This document shows positions 15,767 to 25,200 of a stretch of DNA of 40,398 nt, piece after piece. The notes beneath the pieces are model-generated. The model was given only the letters and a program-made list of their open reading frames with translations, had not been told where the DNA came from and did no database searches. The translations under genes were made by a program, and so were the position numbers. Origin of the DNA: a virus (taxonomy: Duplodnaviria; Caudoviricetes); IMG/VR virus record IMGVR_UViG_3300023059_000283, positions 1-40,398 of that record; one strand, 5' to 3'. Numbering within the stretch: position 1 is the first letter of the stretch; each line of letters opens with the position of its first letter.

Positions 15767-17106
15767 TGAGCGCAAAAATCGCACGCAACCGCTTGGACGT
15801 TGCCCTCGGTATAGAACGCGCGCTCCGGGCCAAGGCTCCGACGGTAAATGCGTTGACTGAGGGGGACACCGTGGCCTCGTCCGATCTTCGGATGTTTGAG
15901 GTGTTCGGAAACCCCGCAACGGCATCTGGCGCTGTTGTAACCGACAAGACCGCGATGCGGGTGTCAGCTGTCTACAGTTGCGTGAACCTGATCGCTGGCT
16001 CGATCGCACAGCTGCCGTTGCCGGTATTCGAGCGGATGGACGACGGTCGCCAGCGCGCCAAGCACGATTACTGGTGGATTCTGAACGAGCAGTTCGGCCC
16101 GGCATGGTCCGCATCCACCGGTTGGGAGTTCATGATCTCCCAGATGCTGTTGCGCGGAGACGGCATCGCCTACGCCACCCGCAACCGCAGCGGCACGGTA
16201 ACCGGGCTGATCCCTTGGCCGCGCGATAGGGTAACGATCTTGGAGCAGGAGCGCTCCAGCCCCAAGGAACCCCGCCGGCTGCAGTACACGTTCCACGACA
16301 CCATCGGCTACTTCACGGTGGATCAAGACGACGTCCTGCACATACCGGGCTTCGGTTTCAACGGCGTCTCTTCGATGTCGGTGATCCAGTGGGGAGCCCG
16401 GAACGGAATCGGCATCGCCATTCAAGGCGACGAACACGCCGGCAAGTTCTTCAGCGAGGGCGGCAAGCCGGAGGTGGCGATCACTGCCACCAACAAGATG
16501 ACGCCGGATATGCAGGAGAGCTTCCGCGACGCTTGGGTGAAAAAGTACGGGGGCATCCAAGGGAACCGCCGCATCCCCCTGATCCTGACGGAAGGCCTGG
16601 ACGTCAAAGAGCTGACCATGTCCGCTGTGGACCAGCAGCTGTTGGAATCTCGACAGTGGCAGGTGATCGACATCGCCCGCGCCTTCGGCGTTCCGCCGCA
16701 CATGATCGGTGAAACGACGAAGGCCAGCAGCTTCGGCACTGGCATCGAATCCATGGGCATAGGATTCGTGAAGTACACGCTGGGGTCCCATCTGAAGCGC
16801 GTCAAGGACGAGCTGAACCGCAAGCTGTTCAGGACCGATCGCTTCTACGTGGAGCACAACGTCGACGGCTTCATGGCCGGTGATTCCAAGGCCCAAGCGG
16901 AATACTTCAGCAAGGCGCTCGGCGGACCAGGCGCCCAAGGCTGGATGTACGTCAACGAGGTTCGCCGCCTGAAGAACCTGCCGCCGATCCCCGGCGGAGA
17001 CACGCTGTACCTGCCTACCGAGGCGGCCAAGCCGCCCGGCAACAAGAACGATCCAGATAGGACTGATGACGATGCCGATCCCGAAGCTACTGCAGCTCGC
17101 GCGTAA
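15766..17106 (+). CDS. Portal protein (HK97 family)
   Basis: AVYSCVNLIA, LLRGDG, IARAFGVPPHMIG, NEVRR..NLPPIPGGD motifs. Confidence 0.96.
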   Translation: MSAKIARNRLDVALGIERALRAKAPTVNALTEGDTVASSDLRMFEVFGNPATASGAVVTDKTAMRVSAVYSCVNLIAGSIAQLPLPVFERMDDGRQRAKHDYWWILNEQFGPAWSASTGWEFMISQMLLRGDGIAYATRNRSGTVTGLIPWPRDRVTILEQERSSPKEPRRLQYTFHDTIGYFTVDQDDVLHIPGFGFNGVSSMSVIQWGARNGIGIAIQGDEHAGKFFSEGGKPEVAITATNKMTPDMQESFRDAWVKKYGGIQGNRRIPLILTEGLDVKELTMSAVDQQLLESRQWQVIDIARAFGVPPHMIGETTKASSFGTGIESMGIGFVKYTLGSHLKRVKDELNRKLFRTDRFYVEHNVDGFMAGDSKAQAEYFSKALGGPGAQGWMYVNEVRRLKNLPPIPGGDTLYLPTEAAKPPGNKNDPDRTDDDADPEATAARA

Positions 17107-17812
17107 CAACGCGAACGCCTCCAAGCCGCTGCGCGCCGAAGCTGGCGACGGCGTGGCCACCATCTACCTGCACGGGGTGATTGGCGGGTGGTGGGGCGAT
17201 ATCGACGAAACCACCTTTGTGCGTGAGCTGGCCGCGATGGACGTGGAGACGATTCACCTTCGGATCGATTCCCCGGGCGGTGATGTTTTCGCGTCTCGCT
17301 CAATGATGACGGCCATTGCTCAGCACAAGGCCAAGGTGGTTGCCCACGTCGATGGCATCGCAGCCTCTGCCGCGACCGGCCTTTGCATGGCCTGCGACGA
17401 GGTGGAAATCAGCCAAGGCGCGCAGTTCATGATCCACAACGCCTGGACGATTGCGATCGGCAACAAGGCCGAGATGTCGAAGACCGGGGAGCTGCTGACC
17501 AAGATCGATGCTGGCCTCGCTGGCGACTACACCCGCCGCTCTGGCCAGAGTACCGAGCAGATTGTGCAGTGGATGGACGAAGAGACGTGGTTCACCGCTG
17601 ATGAGGCGGTGCAGCACGGCTTCGCCGACAGCGTGGTTGAAGTGGTGGGCAAAAAGGGCGCCAGCAACAGCTGGGATCTCTCGGCCTACAACAACGCCCC
17701 GGCTGCGCTCGGGAAGCCCAAGAACACAGCGAGCGATGACGATACCGCCATCGCCGCTCACCGAACCGGGCTTGATCGGCGCCTTGCGCTGCTCGAGCGC
17801 GCGCCTGCGTAA
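17066..17812 (+). CDS. ClpP-like prohead protease
   Basis: IDSPGGDV, GIAASAA, MIHNAW, ETWFTADEA motifs. Confidence 0.93.
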   Translation: MTMPIPKLLQLARNNANASKPLRAEAGDGVATIYLHGVIGGWWGDIDETTFVRELAAMDVETIHLRIDSPGGDVFASRSMMTAIAQHKAKVVAHVDGIAASAATGLCMACDEVEISQGAQFMIHNAWTIAIGNKAEMSKTGELLTKIDAGLAGDYTRRSGQSTEQIVQWMDEETWFTADEAVQHGFADSVVEVVGKKGASNSWDLSAYNNAPAALGKPKNTASDDDTAIAAHRTGLDRRLALLERAPA

Positions 17813-17836
17813 GCGACTCCCGCCCGCAGTTCATCA

Positions 17837-17859
17837 GCCGCCGCAAGGCGGTTTTTTTT
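17837..17859 (+). terminator. Intrinsic terminator before the capsid gene
   Basis: GCCGCC-GCAA-GGCGGT plus T tract. Confidence 0.75.
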
Positions 17860-17879
17860 CGCCCAAAGGAAACTGACAC

Positions 17880-19118
17880 ATGCCCCTTAACATTCAGGCC
17901 GAGCGGGAGCGCCGCACCGCGCTGGCAAAGGAAACCCGCAACCTGCTGGACACCAGCACCGGTGATGGCAATACCTGGACCGCCGAAAACCAGGCCAAGT
18001 ACGACACCAACATCGCCGAAATCGAGCGTATCGACGCGTCCATCGAGCGCCACCAGAAGATCATGGACCTGACCGCAGACAACCACCTGCGCGATGCCGG
18101 CGTGCGTGAGCACGACGCGCCCAGCAACAGCGAGCGTCCGCAGGACCGCAAGCTCTTCGACAAGTGGGCTCGTGGTGGCGACAAGGCCCTGAGCGCGGAA
18201 GACTGGACCCAGGTCAACGCCGCAATGAGCGGCAACCCGAATGTGAACCCGGAACAGGGCGGCTATACCGTCCCGACCACGCTCGCAGCTCAGATCCTCG
18301 AAGCCTTGAAGGACTTCGGCGGCATGCGCCGTGTCGCGGACGTCTTCAGCACTGCCGGCGGCGAGCCGATGCAGTACCCGACCAGCGACGGCACCTCGGA
18401 AGAGGGTGAGGTCGTGGCGGAGAACCAGTCGGCGACCGACGATGACGTCGAGTTCGGCACAAAGGGCCTGGGCGTGCACAAGTACAGCTCCAAGGTCGTC
18501 ACGGTGCCCTGGGAGCTGCTGCAGGACACGACCTCGGACATCGAGGGCTTCATTACCGGCCGCCTGCAGACCCGGCTGGGGCGCGTCACCAACCGTCATT
18601 ACACCGTGGGCACCGGCGTCGGCCAGCCGATGGGTCTCATCACTGCCGCCAGCAACGGCAAGATCGGCGCGGCGTCCGCCGTTCCGCTCATCCTGTATGA
18701 CGACCTGATCGACCTCGAGCACAGCATCGACCCGGCATATCGCGCAAACGGTAAGTGGATGTTCCACGACGACATGCTGAAGATGGTCCGCAAGGTCAAG
18801 GACGAAAGCGGCCGCCCGATCTTCGTGCCGGGCTACGAACAGGGCAATCCGGGCGGCGCTCCGGATCGTCTACTGAACCGTGATATCGAGATCAACCAGC
18901 ACATGGCCAGCCCGGCAGCTGGCGCGAAGTCGATCGTCTTCGGTGACTTCAGCTACTACAAGATCCGCGACGTGATGGCTGTGACGCTGTTCCGCTTCAA
19001 CGATTCGGCCTACATCAAGAAGGGGCAGGTGGGCTTCCTTGCTTGGATGCGGACCGGCGGCAACCTGATCGACGTAGGCGGCGCGGTCAAAACCTTCCAG
19101 CACGGCGCCGCGGCGTAA
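17880..19118 (+). CDS. Major capsid protein (HK97 fold)
   Basis: N-terminal coiled-coil delta domain, GGYTVP, ELLQD, GTGVGQPMG, IVFGDFS motifs. Confidence 0.96.
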   Translation: MPLNIQAERERRTALAKETRNLLDTSTGDGNTWTAENQAKYDTNIAEIERIDASIERHQKIMDLTADNHLRDAGVREHDAPSNSERPQDRKLFDKWARGGDKALSAEDWTQVNAAMSGNPNVNPEQGGYTVPTTLAAQILEALKDFGGMRRVADVFSTAGGEPMQYPTSDGTSEEGEVVAENQSATDDDVEFGTKGLGVHKYSSKVVTVPWELLQDTTSDIEGFITGRLQTRLGRVTNRHYTVGTGVGQPMGLITAASNGKIGAASAVPLILYDDLIDLEHSIDPAYRANGKWMFHDDMLKMVRKVKDESGRPIFVPGYEQGNPGGAPDRLLNRDIEINQHMASPAAGAKSIVFGDFSYYKIRDVMAVTLFRFNDSAYIKKGQVGFLAWMRTGGNLIDVGGAVKTFQHGAAA

Positions 19119-19180
19119 GCCGGCACCCTTGAATGGCCGGGCGGTCTGCTGACCGCCTGGCCTGTACCAGGAGCAGGACC

Positions 19181-19630
19181 ATGGCAAAACAGAAATCCCA
19201 AGCCCTGCCCGTCAGCGAAGCTGCGGCGGGTCCGGCTGCCGCGGCAGATGCGTCTGTCACCGAGGTGGCCAGCGCGGGGGAGGCTGCTGTCGCCACCGCC
19301 AACAGCGGAGATCCTATCGCAGGGCCGGGCGGCATCACGGCCGAAGCGGTTGCCGATACCTCCGCCGCCGGGGGAGGCGGCGCGGCGGTAGCGCCTGGCG
19401 CGGAGGCGGTCGGCGAACCCGGCCAGGACCAGGGCCAGAGTCAGGACGGGCAAGCCCCAACGGCGCACACCCCGCCGACCGCTAAGGTGCGCGCGTTGGT
19501 GCTGAGCGACAACGCGTTTGGGCGTTGCGGCGAGGTCCGGGAATTCGAAGCCGCACATGCCCCGGCGATCGAGGCGGGCGGGTTCATCGACACCCATCCC
19601 AATGCCGTAGCGTCCGCTGAAGGGGATTGA
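19181..19630 (+). CDS. Head-associated hypothetical protein (low-complexity N-terminus)
   Basis: AGGAG RBS; Ala/Gly-rich linker plus small C-terminal domain; position after the capsid gene. Confidence 0.6.
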   Translation: MAKQKSQALPVSEAAAGPAAAADASVTEVASAGEAAVATANSGDPIAGPGGITAEAVADTSAAGGGGAAVAPGAEAVGEPGQDQGQSQDGQAPTAHTPPTAKVRALVLSDNAFGRCGEVREFEAAHAPAIEAGGFIDTHPNAVASAEGD

Positions 19631-19633
19631 TCG

Positions 19634-20053
19634 ATGCTGCGTACGCGAACCCCAGCCACTGAAGAGCCGGTGAGCTTGGCGGAAGCGAAAGCGCACTTGG
19701 CTGTGATCCATGCCGCCGACGACCTTCTGATCGAGGCCCTGATCGTGGCCGCTCGCGAGGTGGTTGAGCGCGCGACTACCTACGCGCTGGCGGTGGCCAG
19801 CTACGAATGGAGTCCTGTGGGCGAGCGGTGCGCGCCGCTGCCGATTGAACCAGGCACCGTCACCAGCGGTCCCGGGGAGTACCCGATTCTGTTCGATACC
19901 GTTCCTGGCCCGGTGCCGGCGCCGCTACGCGCGGCGATGCTTCTGTTGATCGGCGACCTTTACGCGAACCGAGAGGCGGGCATTGCGGCAGGCACGATCG
20001 AGAACCCTACGATCGACCGCCTTATGTTCCCCTATCGGAGAGTGATGCCATGA
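19634..20053 (+). CDS. Head-tail connector (HK97 gp6-like)
   Basis: EPVSLAEAKAHL...DD.LI..LI.AA...A.LLLIGDLYANRE. Confidence 0.9.
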   Translation: MLRTRTPATEEPVSLAEAKAHLAVIHAADDLLIEALIVAAREVVERATTYALAVASYEWSPVGERCAPLPIEPGTVTSGPGEYPILFDTVPGPVPAPLRAAMLLLIGDLYANREAGIAAGTIENPTIDRLMFPYRRVMP

Positions 20054-20382
20054 GGCGCGCCGGCAAGTATCGCCATCGGATCACGCTGCAGGATTTCACC
20101 ACGGTGCGCGATCAGCTTGGCGGCGACCGGAAGGCCTGGGCAGACTGGCACAGGGACGTGCCAGCGGAGGTCGTGCCGCTGTCTGGGCGCGAGTTCACCG
20201 CGGCAAGTGCCGAGCATGGTCAGGTGACGGCTCGCATGGAGATCCCGTACCTGCCGGGTGTCCTCAACACCATGCGGGTGACGTTCGACGGCCAGGTGTA
20301 CGCCATTCGGGCGGTGCTGCCGGATCCCACTGCCCGCAGCCACATCAACCTCATGGTGGATGCGGGGGTCTCGGATGGCTGA
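20050..20382 (+). CDS. Head closure / head-tail adaptor
   Basis: AGKYRHRITLQ...A.V.PLSGRE...MRV.FDG..Y.I. Confidence 0.9.
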   Translation: MRRAGKYRHRITLQDFTTVRDQLGGDRKAWADWHRDVPAEVVPLSGREFTAASAEHGQVTARMEIPYLPGVLNTMRVTFDGQVYAIRAVLPDPTARSHINLMVDAGVSDG

Positions 20383-20881
20383 GGAACTACAGCTTCATGG
20401 CCTGAGGGGGCTGTTGACTACCCTGCGCGGCTTGCCGGACGAGGTCCGTGGCAAGCCGCTGCGCACCGGCATGCGCAAGGGCGGCAACATCATCCGTGAT
20501 GAGGCCCGGAACCGTGTGGTGAAGCATTCCGGCTTCCTTGCCAGCGAAATCGTGGTCCGCAGGGCCAATGCGAGGAACCGACGCCGGGCAGGGGTGGGCA
20601 AGGACGGTGAGTACTTCACCGTCGGTGTCCGGGTAGGCCGAAAGGCCAAGTACTCGAACACGAAGCGAAACCAGCGACTGCGCCGCGTCGGCAAGGTTTA
20701 TGAAACTACCGGCTGGGCACACTACTGGCGCCACGTTGAGTTCGGGACGAAGAAGATGGCGGCAAAGCCATTCCTGACGCCCTCGGCGGAGGCCCGTGGT
20801 CCGCAAGCGGCCCAGGCGATCATCAATGAAACGTGGATCGCGATCACTCGCGCGCTGAAACGGCAAGGCTGGGTACTGTGA
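20375..20881 (+). CDS. HK97 gp10-family tail morphogenesis protein
   Basis: YWRHVEFGTKKMAAKPFL motif. Confidence 0.9.
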   Translation: MAEELQLHGLRGLLTTLRGLPDEVRGKPLRTGMRKGGNIIRDEARNRVVKHSGFLASEIVVRRANARNRRRAGVGKDGEYFTVGVRVGRKAKYSNTKRNQRLRRVGKVYETTGWAHYWRHVEFGTKKMAAKPFLTPSAEARGPQAAQAIINETWIAITRALKRQGWVL

Positions 20882-21240
20882 TGGTTCCTCTGATCCAATC
20901 GATCTTGCAGGCCAGCGGTCCTGTGCGCGCGCTGTTGGGCGACCCGATTCGCGTGTGGCCCGGGGTGGCGCCAGAGGGTGCGGCGCTGCCCTACGCCACG
21001 TGGAGCGTGGTGGGCGGGTCACCGCTGGCGCAGCTTTCCGATCCTCCGCCGGCGGATGGCTGGCGCGTTCGCCTCAACGTGTGGGGCGACGGCGCGAGCC
21101 AGGCGAACGCCGCCGCCGTTTCCATCCGCGACGAGGTGGAGCGACACGGCAGTATCGAGTCCTACAACCCCACGCCGGATGACGACGACACCGGCGCCTT
21201 CGGTATTTCCTTCGACGTGCGGCTGCTGGCGATCCGGTAG
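20881..21240 (+). CDS. Tail completion/terminator (DUF3168-like)
   Basis: R.WPGVAP.G..LPYATW..VGG motif; position before the tail tube. Confidence 0.8.
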   Translation: MVPLIQSILQASGPVRALLGDPIRVWPGVAPEGAALPYATWSVVGGSPLAQLSDPPPADGWRVRLNVWGDGASQANAAAVSIRDEVERHGSIESYNPTPDDDDTGAFGISFDVRLLAIR

Positions 21241-21264
21241 CCGGCCAACTTCGCAATCCCAACC

Positions 21265-21286
21265 GCCGGCGCAAGCCGGTTTTTTT
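21265..21286 (+). terminator. Intrinsic terminator before the tail tube gene
   Basis: GCCGGC-GCAA-GCCGGT-T6. Confidence 0.7.
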
Positions 21287-21324
21287 GTGCCCGGCGACCG
21301 GGCTTCTACAAGAGGTAAACCGCA

Positions 21325-21801
21325 ATGGGCGTTTTGAAGTCCAAGCATTCTCAGCTGTTCATCGCGATCGGCGCGGCCGAAGTCATCAAGGTGACCCGCC
21401 TGCGCTCGGTCGGGTTCCCCGACGGCCAGGCGTCGGAGATCGATATCTCCGACTTCGACGACGACTGGGATCAGTTCGTCGCCGGCCGGAAAGCCACTGG
21501 TAGCACCACCATCGAGGTCAACTACGACCCGGTCGACCACGAGAAGATCGAGGCGCTGCACGAGACCGGCGCCGTGGTGGACTTCCTGGTTGCCGCCCCG
21601 CTGAGCGAAACGGCTGGTGTCCCCAAGCCGGTCGCCGTGGCCGGAAAGATCACGCCGCCGACCACGGTGGTATCCAAGCAGTTCCAGGGCTTCGTCCAGA
21701 ACTTCGCAGTGAACGTGGCCGACAACGACATCTGGAAGGGAACCATCACGATCCGCGGCACCGGCCCCGTCAAGACCAATCGTCCCAACGGCAGTCCCTG
21801 A
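21325..21801 (+). CDS. Major tail (tube) protein
   Basis: EIDIS.FD....FVAG...G..T...NYDP...H...F.GFV motif of siphovirus tail tubes; GAGG RBS. Confidence 0.88.
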   Translation: MGVLKSKHSQLFIAIGAAEVIKVTRLRSVGFPDGQASEIDISDFDDDWDQFVAGRKATGSTTIEVNYDPVDHEKIEALHETGAVVDFLVAAPLSETAGVPKPVAVAGKITPPTTVVSKQFQGFVQNFAVNVADNDIWKGTITIRGTGPVKTNRPNGSP

Positions 21802-21816
21802 CCAAGATAAACGGCG

Positions 21817-21832
21817 CTCTCTCTCTCTCTCT
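21817..21832 (+). repeat. (CT)8 dinucleotide microsatellite
   Basis: Read directly in the tube-chaperone intergenic region. Confidence 0.9.
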
Positions 21833-21835
21833 TTC

Positions 21836-21861
21836 GGCCCGCTACGGCGGGCCTTCTCTTT
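21836..21861 (+). terminator. Intrinsic terminator after the tail tube gene
   Basis: GGCCCGC-TACG-GCGGGCC-TTCTCTTT. Confidence 0.7.
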
Positions 21862-21937
21862 GGCCGGGTGCGCGGGAACTCCCGCGTGTTAGCCGTGCGC
21901 GGCCTGCGTGCCCAGCCACCATTTCAGGAAACGGCCC

Positions 21938-22315
21938 ATGAGCAAGACCAACGACACCCCGGCGACCGATACGCGCGCCACCGAACAATCCGTGCTCCAG
22001 GCATTCACCAGCCTGGGCATGTTCGCCTCCAAGGACGTGCATGCGGACACCATCACCCTGCCCAGCGGCGACAAGGCGCAGTTCCACGTGCGTGAGCTGC
22101 CGGATGCGGAGTTCCGCAAGCTTTTCCAGGACGGCGATCGCGCCAAGCTGATCGCGGCGACCATCTGCGACGAGAACGGCAAGCCGGTGATGACGGACGC
22201 CCAGGCGGCACAGCTGAAGCCGCTGGTGGCGGCCGAGCTGCAGCAGGTGGCCATGAAACACTCGGGCTTCGGCGACAAGGCCGCTGACGCCCAGGCCGAG
22301 GCGGGAAACGCCTAA
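21938..22315 (+). CDS. Tail assembly chaperone (gpG-like)
   Basis: AGGA RBS; position after the tube gene; ends in slippery G-GGA-AAC just before the stop. Confidence 0.85.
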   Translation: MSKTNDTPATDTRATEQSVLQAFTSLGMFASKDVHADTITLPSGDKAQFHVRELPDAEFRKLFQDGDRAKLIAATICDENGKPVMTDAQAAQLKPLVAAELQQVAMKHSGFGDKAADAQAEAGNA

Positions 22316-22608
22316 GGCAGCGGGGCGAGGACTGGTTCTGGCATGTGCTGGCCGGCCATCTGCATCGCACGGTGGCCGAGCTGCGCGGGACCATGTCGCG
22401 CAAGGAGTTCCTGCGGTGGTGGGAGTTCCACAAGCGAAACCCCATCGATCCGGTGGGGCTGCACATCAAGCCGGCCGCATTCGCTGCCTTCACCTTCGCC
22501 GCGCACAGCCAGGGAGGCACGAAGCGCGGCATGCAGGACTTCATGGACGTGCTGGTGCCTCGGTCGGACGACGACGAGGCGCAGGACTGGTTTGATTCAC
22601 TGGGATGA
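22303..22608 (+). CDS. gpT-like frameshift extension of the tail chaperone (-1 frame)
   Basis: Frame open from GGGAAAC (22303) through LAGHLHRTVAEL..MS..EF..W..F, typical of gpT. Confidence 0.8.
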   Translation, partial: GKRLRQRGEDWFWHVLAGHLHRTVAELRGTMSRKEFLRWWEFHKRNPIDPVGLHIKPAAFAAFTFAAHSQGGTKRGMQDFMDVLVPRSDDDEAQDWFDSLG

Positions 22609-22611
22609 CCA

Positions 22612-24579
22612 ATGGCTGACAATTTCGGGCGCTTCGTGGCGGTTCCCATCGGCCCGCTGCTGGCGGCGCGAGACGGCGGCCTCACTCTGGCCACCACCGC
22701 CGCGGCCAATATCAGCCGCATGGCCAAGTCGGACGTGGCGCAAAGCACGGGAACGGTAGGGGCCGAGTTCGCCGTTTGGGGCGACGACCCGATGGTGGCA
22801 GTGGTCGGCATTGTCACTGCGGCAGCTCCGCTCAATACCTACCCGGGGGCCACGGCTGCGGGGGTCGGGTGGGAGCTAGGAACGGGGCGGGTGATGTTGA
22901 ATGGCGCGGCTGTCGCCACCGGCCTACCGATTGCCAAGCACGGTGACATCGCCGGCCTGCGGGTGGTGTTTGGCACGCCGACCCGCCTGCAGCTCTACCT
23001 GGGCGCCACACAGGTGCATCAGCGCGACATCACATTGGCGGGCCCGCTGCACTTCGCCGGTGCCCTCGCGGCGAGTAAGGCCGGTGGTCTGTGCATGGTG
23101 GTGAACGCCGGGCAGTGGAACGCGCGGGGCCCGGCTGCACTCGCCGGCTGGAGGGTGGCCACGGCCTCCGGGCCCGTAACCCGCCTGTCAGACGCGGACT
23201 GGCTGACTGCACCGGGCGACCTGCCGGCAAACGCACGCTACGAGGGGCTGATCGCCGAAGGGGTGAACCTGATCAGCGAGATCAACTTCTGGCCTTGGGG
23301 CGGCGACCCGGTGACCCAGACCAGTGCTGCTGAGTGCGTCGTGCTCGACGCCGACGGCCTGCTGGACAGCCTGGCGCTGTCCGGCGCCTCGGGGATGCCG
23401 GTCCAGATCCGGGCAGGCAGCTCCGCCGGAATGCTGGCGGACACAGCTGCCGTGTTCCGCTTCACCGTGGACCGCATCGAGATCAACGACGACGGCAGCA
23501 AGACGGTTCACTTCCGCGATGCTCACGACGATCTGGATAAGACGATCAACCGCGGCGTGTTCATGCCGAACATCGCGGCATTGGCGTGGAAGCCGCAACC
23601 GGTGGTGATCGGTGCGGTGGCCAGCGTGCCGGCGATGGGTGCCAACTCGGATGCGACGGCGATGTTCGTGGCCGACGGCGTGGTCTACGCCGATGTGGTG
23701 ATGGACCGCGGTGACCTCATGGAGCCGGGCACGTTTAATTTGTCGCCCGACGGGCAGCAGCTGATCATGAAGTCGCCTCCGGTCACGCCGGTGGTGGCCG
23801 ACCTTTCCAGCGTCGGGCCCGGCCAGCGCCCAGCCACGCTGCGGCAGGCGATCGCGGACATCATGGGCCGACTGGGCAAAACCTCTTGGTCGGGCAGCGA
23901 CTGCGCCGCGATAGATGCAGCAACCGGCTATGCGGGCGTGGGGTACTACGCCGGGAATGCGATCACCGGTCGAGATGCCATGAACGCCATCCTCCCCAGC
24001 TATGGGGCCGCCTGCTACCAGGACGCCACCGGTGTGCTGCGCTTCACCCGGGTGGTGGCCCCCGAGACGTTCGGTGGTGCTCCGGCGTTCGAGCTAACGG
24101 CCAACGACCTGGCCGAGGATCTGGTGGCGGTGCCAGACGACGCGCCGAACCTGACACGTCGCATGGCATACCGCCCGAACGCGCAGGCGTTGGCTGCCTC
24201 GGACCTGGTCACGGATGTGGTGGACGTGCCGCAGGCCCGACGCGACGAGCTGACCGGGCTGTTCCGCGCGCAGGTCTACGGCGGCGGGGCGCTGCACCAG
24301 CACTATCGCCGTGCGGACGCGGCGGATCCGGTGATCTCGCTCTTCTGGAACGCGGCTGACGCGCAGTCCGAGATCGACCGGGTGGTGGGTATGTACCGTC
24401 AGCAGCGATTTTTCTACCAGGTGACGGTGCGCGGCGATCAGAGCCTGGCCCCCCAGCCCGGCCAGATCGGCCGGCTGACGTACCCGAGGTACGGCTTGGA
24501 AGAGGGCAAGGCGGTGCTGGTACGGCGCGTTGAGCGCAACCCGGCCACGGGCGACGTGGTCCTAACGATGTGGGGCTAG
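22612..24579 (+). CDS. Putative tail-tip/hub protein with N-terminal SPRY/ConA-like domain
   Basis: 655 aa in the tail cluster; AEF..., VVGI, GDIAGL..., pLHFAG..., VNAGQ pattern resembles SPRY; phage-like codon usage. Confidence 0.65.
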   Translation: MADNFGRFVAVPIGPLLAARDGGLTLATTAAANISRMAKSDVAQSTGTVGAEFAVWGDDPMVAVVGIVTAAAPLNTYPGATAAGVGWELGTGRVMLNGAAVATGLPIAKHGDIAGLRVVFGTPTRLQLYLGATQVHQRDITLAGPLHFAGALAASKAGGLCMVVNAGQWNARGPAALAGWRVATASGPVTRLSDADWLTAPGDLPANARYEGLIAEGVNLISEINFWPWGGDPVTQTSAAECVVLDADGLLDSLALSGASGMPVQIRAGSSAGMLADTAAVFRFTVDRIEINDDGSKTVHFRDAHDDLDKTINRGVFMPNIAALAWKPQPVVIGAVASVPAMGANSDATAMFVADGVVYADVVMDRGDLMEPGTFNLSPDGQQLIMKSPPVTPVVADLSSVGPGQRPATLRQAIADIMGRLGKTSWSGSDCAAIDAATGYAGVGYYAGNAITGRDAMNAILPSYGAACYQDATGVLRFTRVVAPETFGGAPAFELTANDLAEDLVAVPDDAPNLTRRMAYRPNAQALAASDLVTDVVDVPQARRDELTGLFRAQVYGGGALHQHYRRADAADPVISLFWNAADAQSEIDRVVGMYRQQRFFYQVTVRGDQSLAPQPGQIGRLTYPRYGLEEGKAVLVRRVERNPATGDVVLTMWG

Positions 24580-24962
24580 TGCTTGTATTCGGCGATGTGG
24601 GCTTCGAGCTGAAATATGTAGTAGGAGATGTCCGATGAGGACTCGTACAGGCCCGATACCCACTGAGCCGCCGGGGCATTAACCCTCAGACTGAAGTGGG
24701 CCGAAGCGGACCGGATAGCTGGATCGAAAAACGACGACTCCAGAATCGTGGTGCCTCGTTTGCTGCCATCGATGGTGGGCATTTTGCTTCGTTCTTTGAG
24801 GTAGGCCTTCAAGGCAGTGAGGCGCTCCCGGTGTTCCTCGATCTCGTAGGCGCGGCTGTTCTTTAGCCGATCGCCGGCGTTCATCAGCTCCTCAAACTCC
24901 CCATGTATCCGTTGCAGCTCGGCAAGGATGGCCCTTGCTTCTTGGAGATAAACCGTGACCAT
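24576..24962 (-). CDS. Antisense moron, all-helical hypothetical protein
   Basis: 128 aa, lower GC, stop shares the CTAG palindrome with the stop of the tail gene. Confidence 0.7.
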   Translation of the reverse strand: MVTVYLQEARAILAELQRIHGEFEELMNAGDRLKNSRAYEIEEHRERLTALKAYLKERSKMPTIDGSKRGTTILESSFFDPAIRSASAHFSLRVNAPAAQWVSGLYESSSDISYYIFQLEAHIAEYKH

Positions 24963-25200
24963 TCAATTCGATCCTGAAAAGGGCGACGTCCGTGTAGTGG
25001 TATGCGTGCGTGGCGGTGATCCCTGTGACCTCAACAAGAGCCTAGTCGCCGGGGCCATGCACACGCTGGATTCTATTTGCGCCTTGGATCAGGGTGCTGT
25101 GAGACGACGGCTGATCGCGTGCCTTGCTCGCCAGGTGCGAGCGCTCAAACGCAATGAGGAAGAGCTTCGCGCTGCGAAGCGGGGCGCAGGGGCATGTTGA
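24955..25200 (+). CDS. Small hypothetical ORF coupled to the downstream tail gene
   Basis: GGAG RBS before GTG; stop overlaps ATG 25194. Confidence 0.45.
   Translation: MTIQFDPEKGDVRVVVCVRGGDPCDLNKSLVAGAMHTLDSICALDQGAVRRRLIACLARQVRALKRNEEELRAAKRGAGAC

Noticed and set aside
6615-18767. Long minus-strand ORFs (e.g. 6615-7853, 9824-10864, 13940-15073, 15964-17163, 17592-18767)
   Set aside because: Antisense shadows of clearly identified phage genes in GC-rich DNA; no motifs
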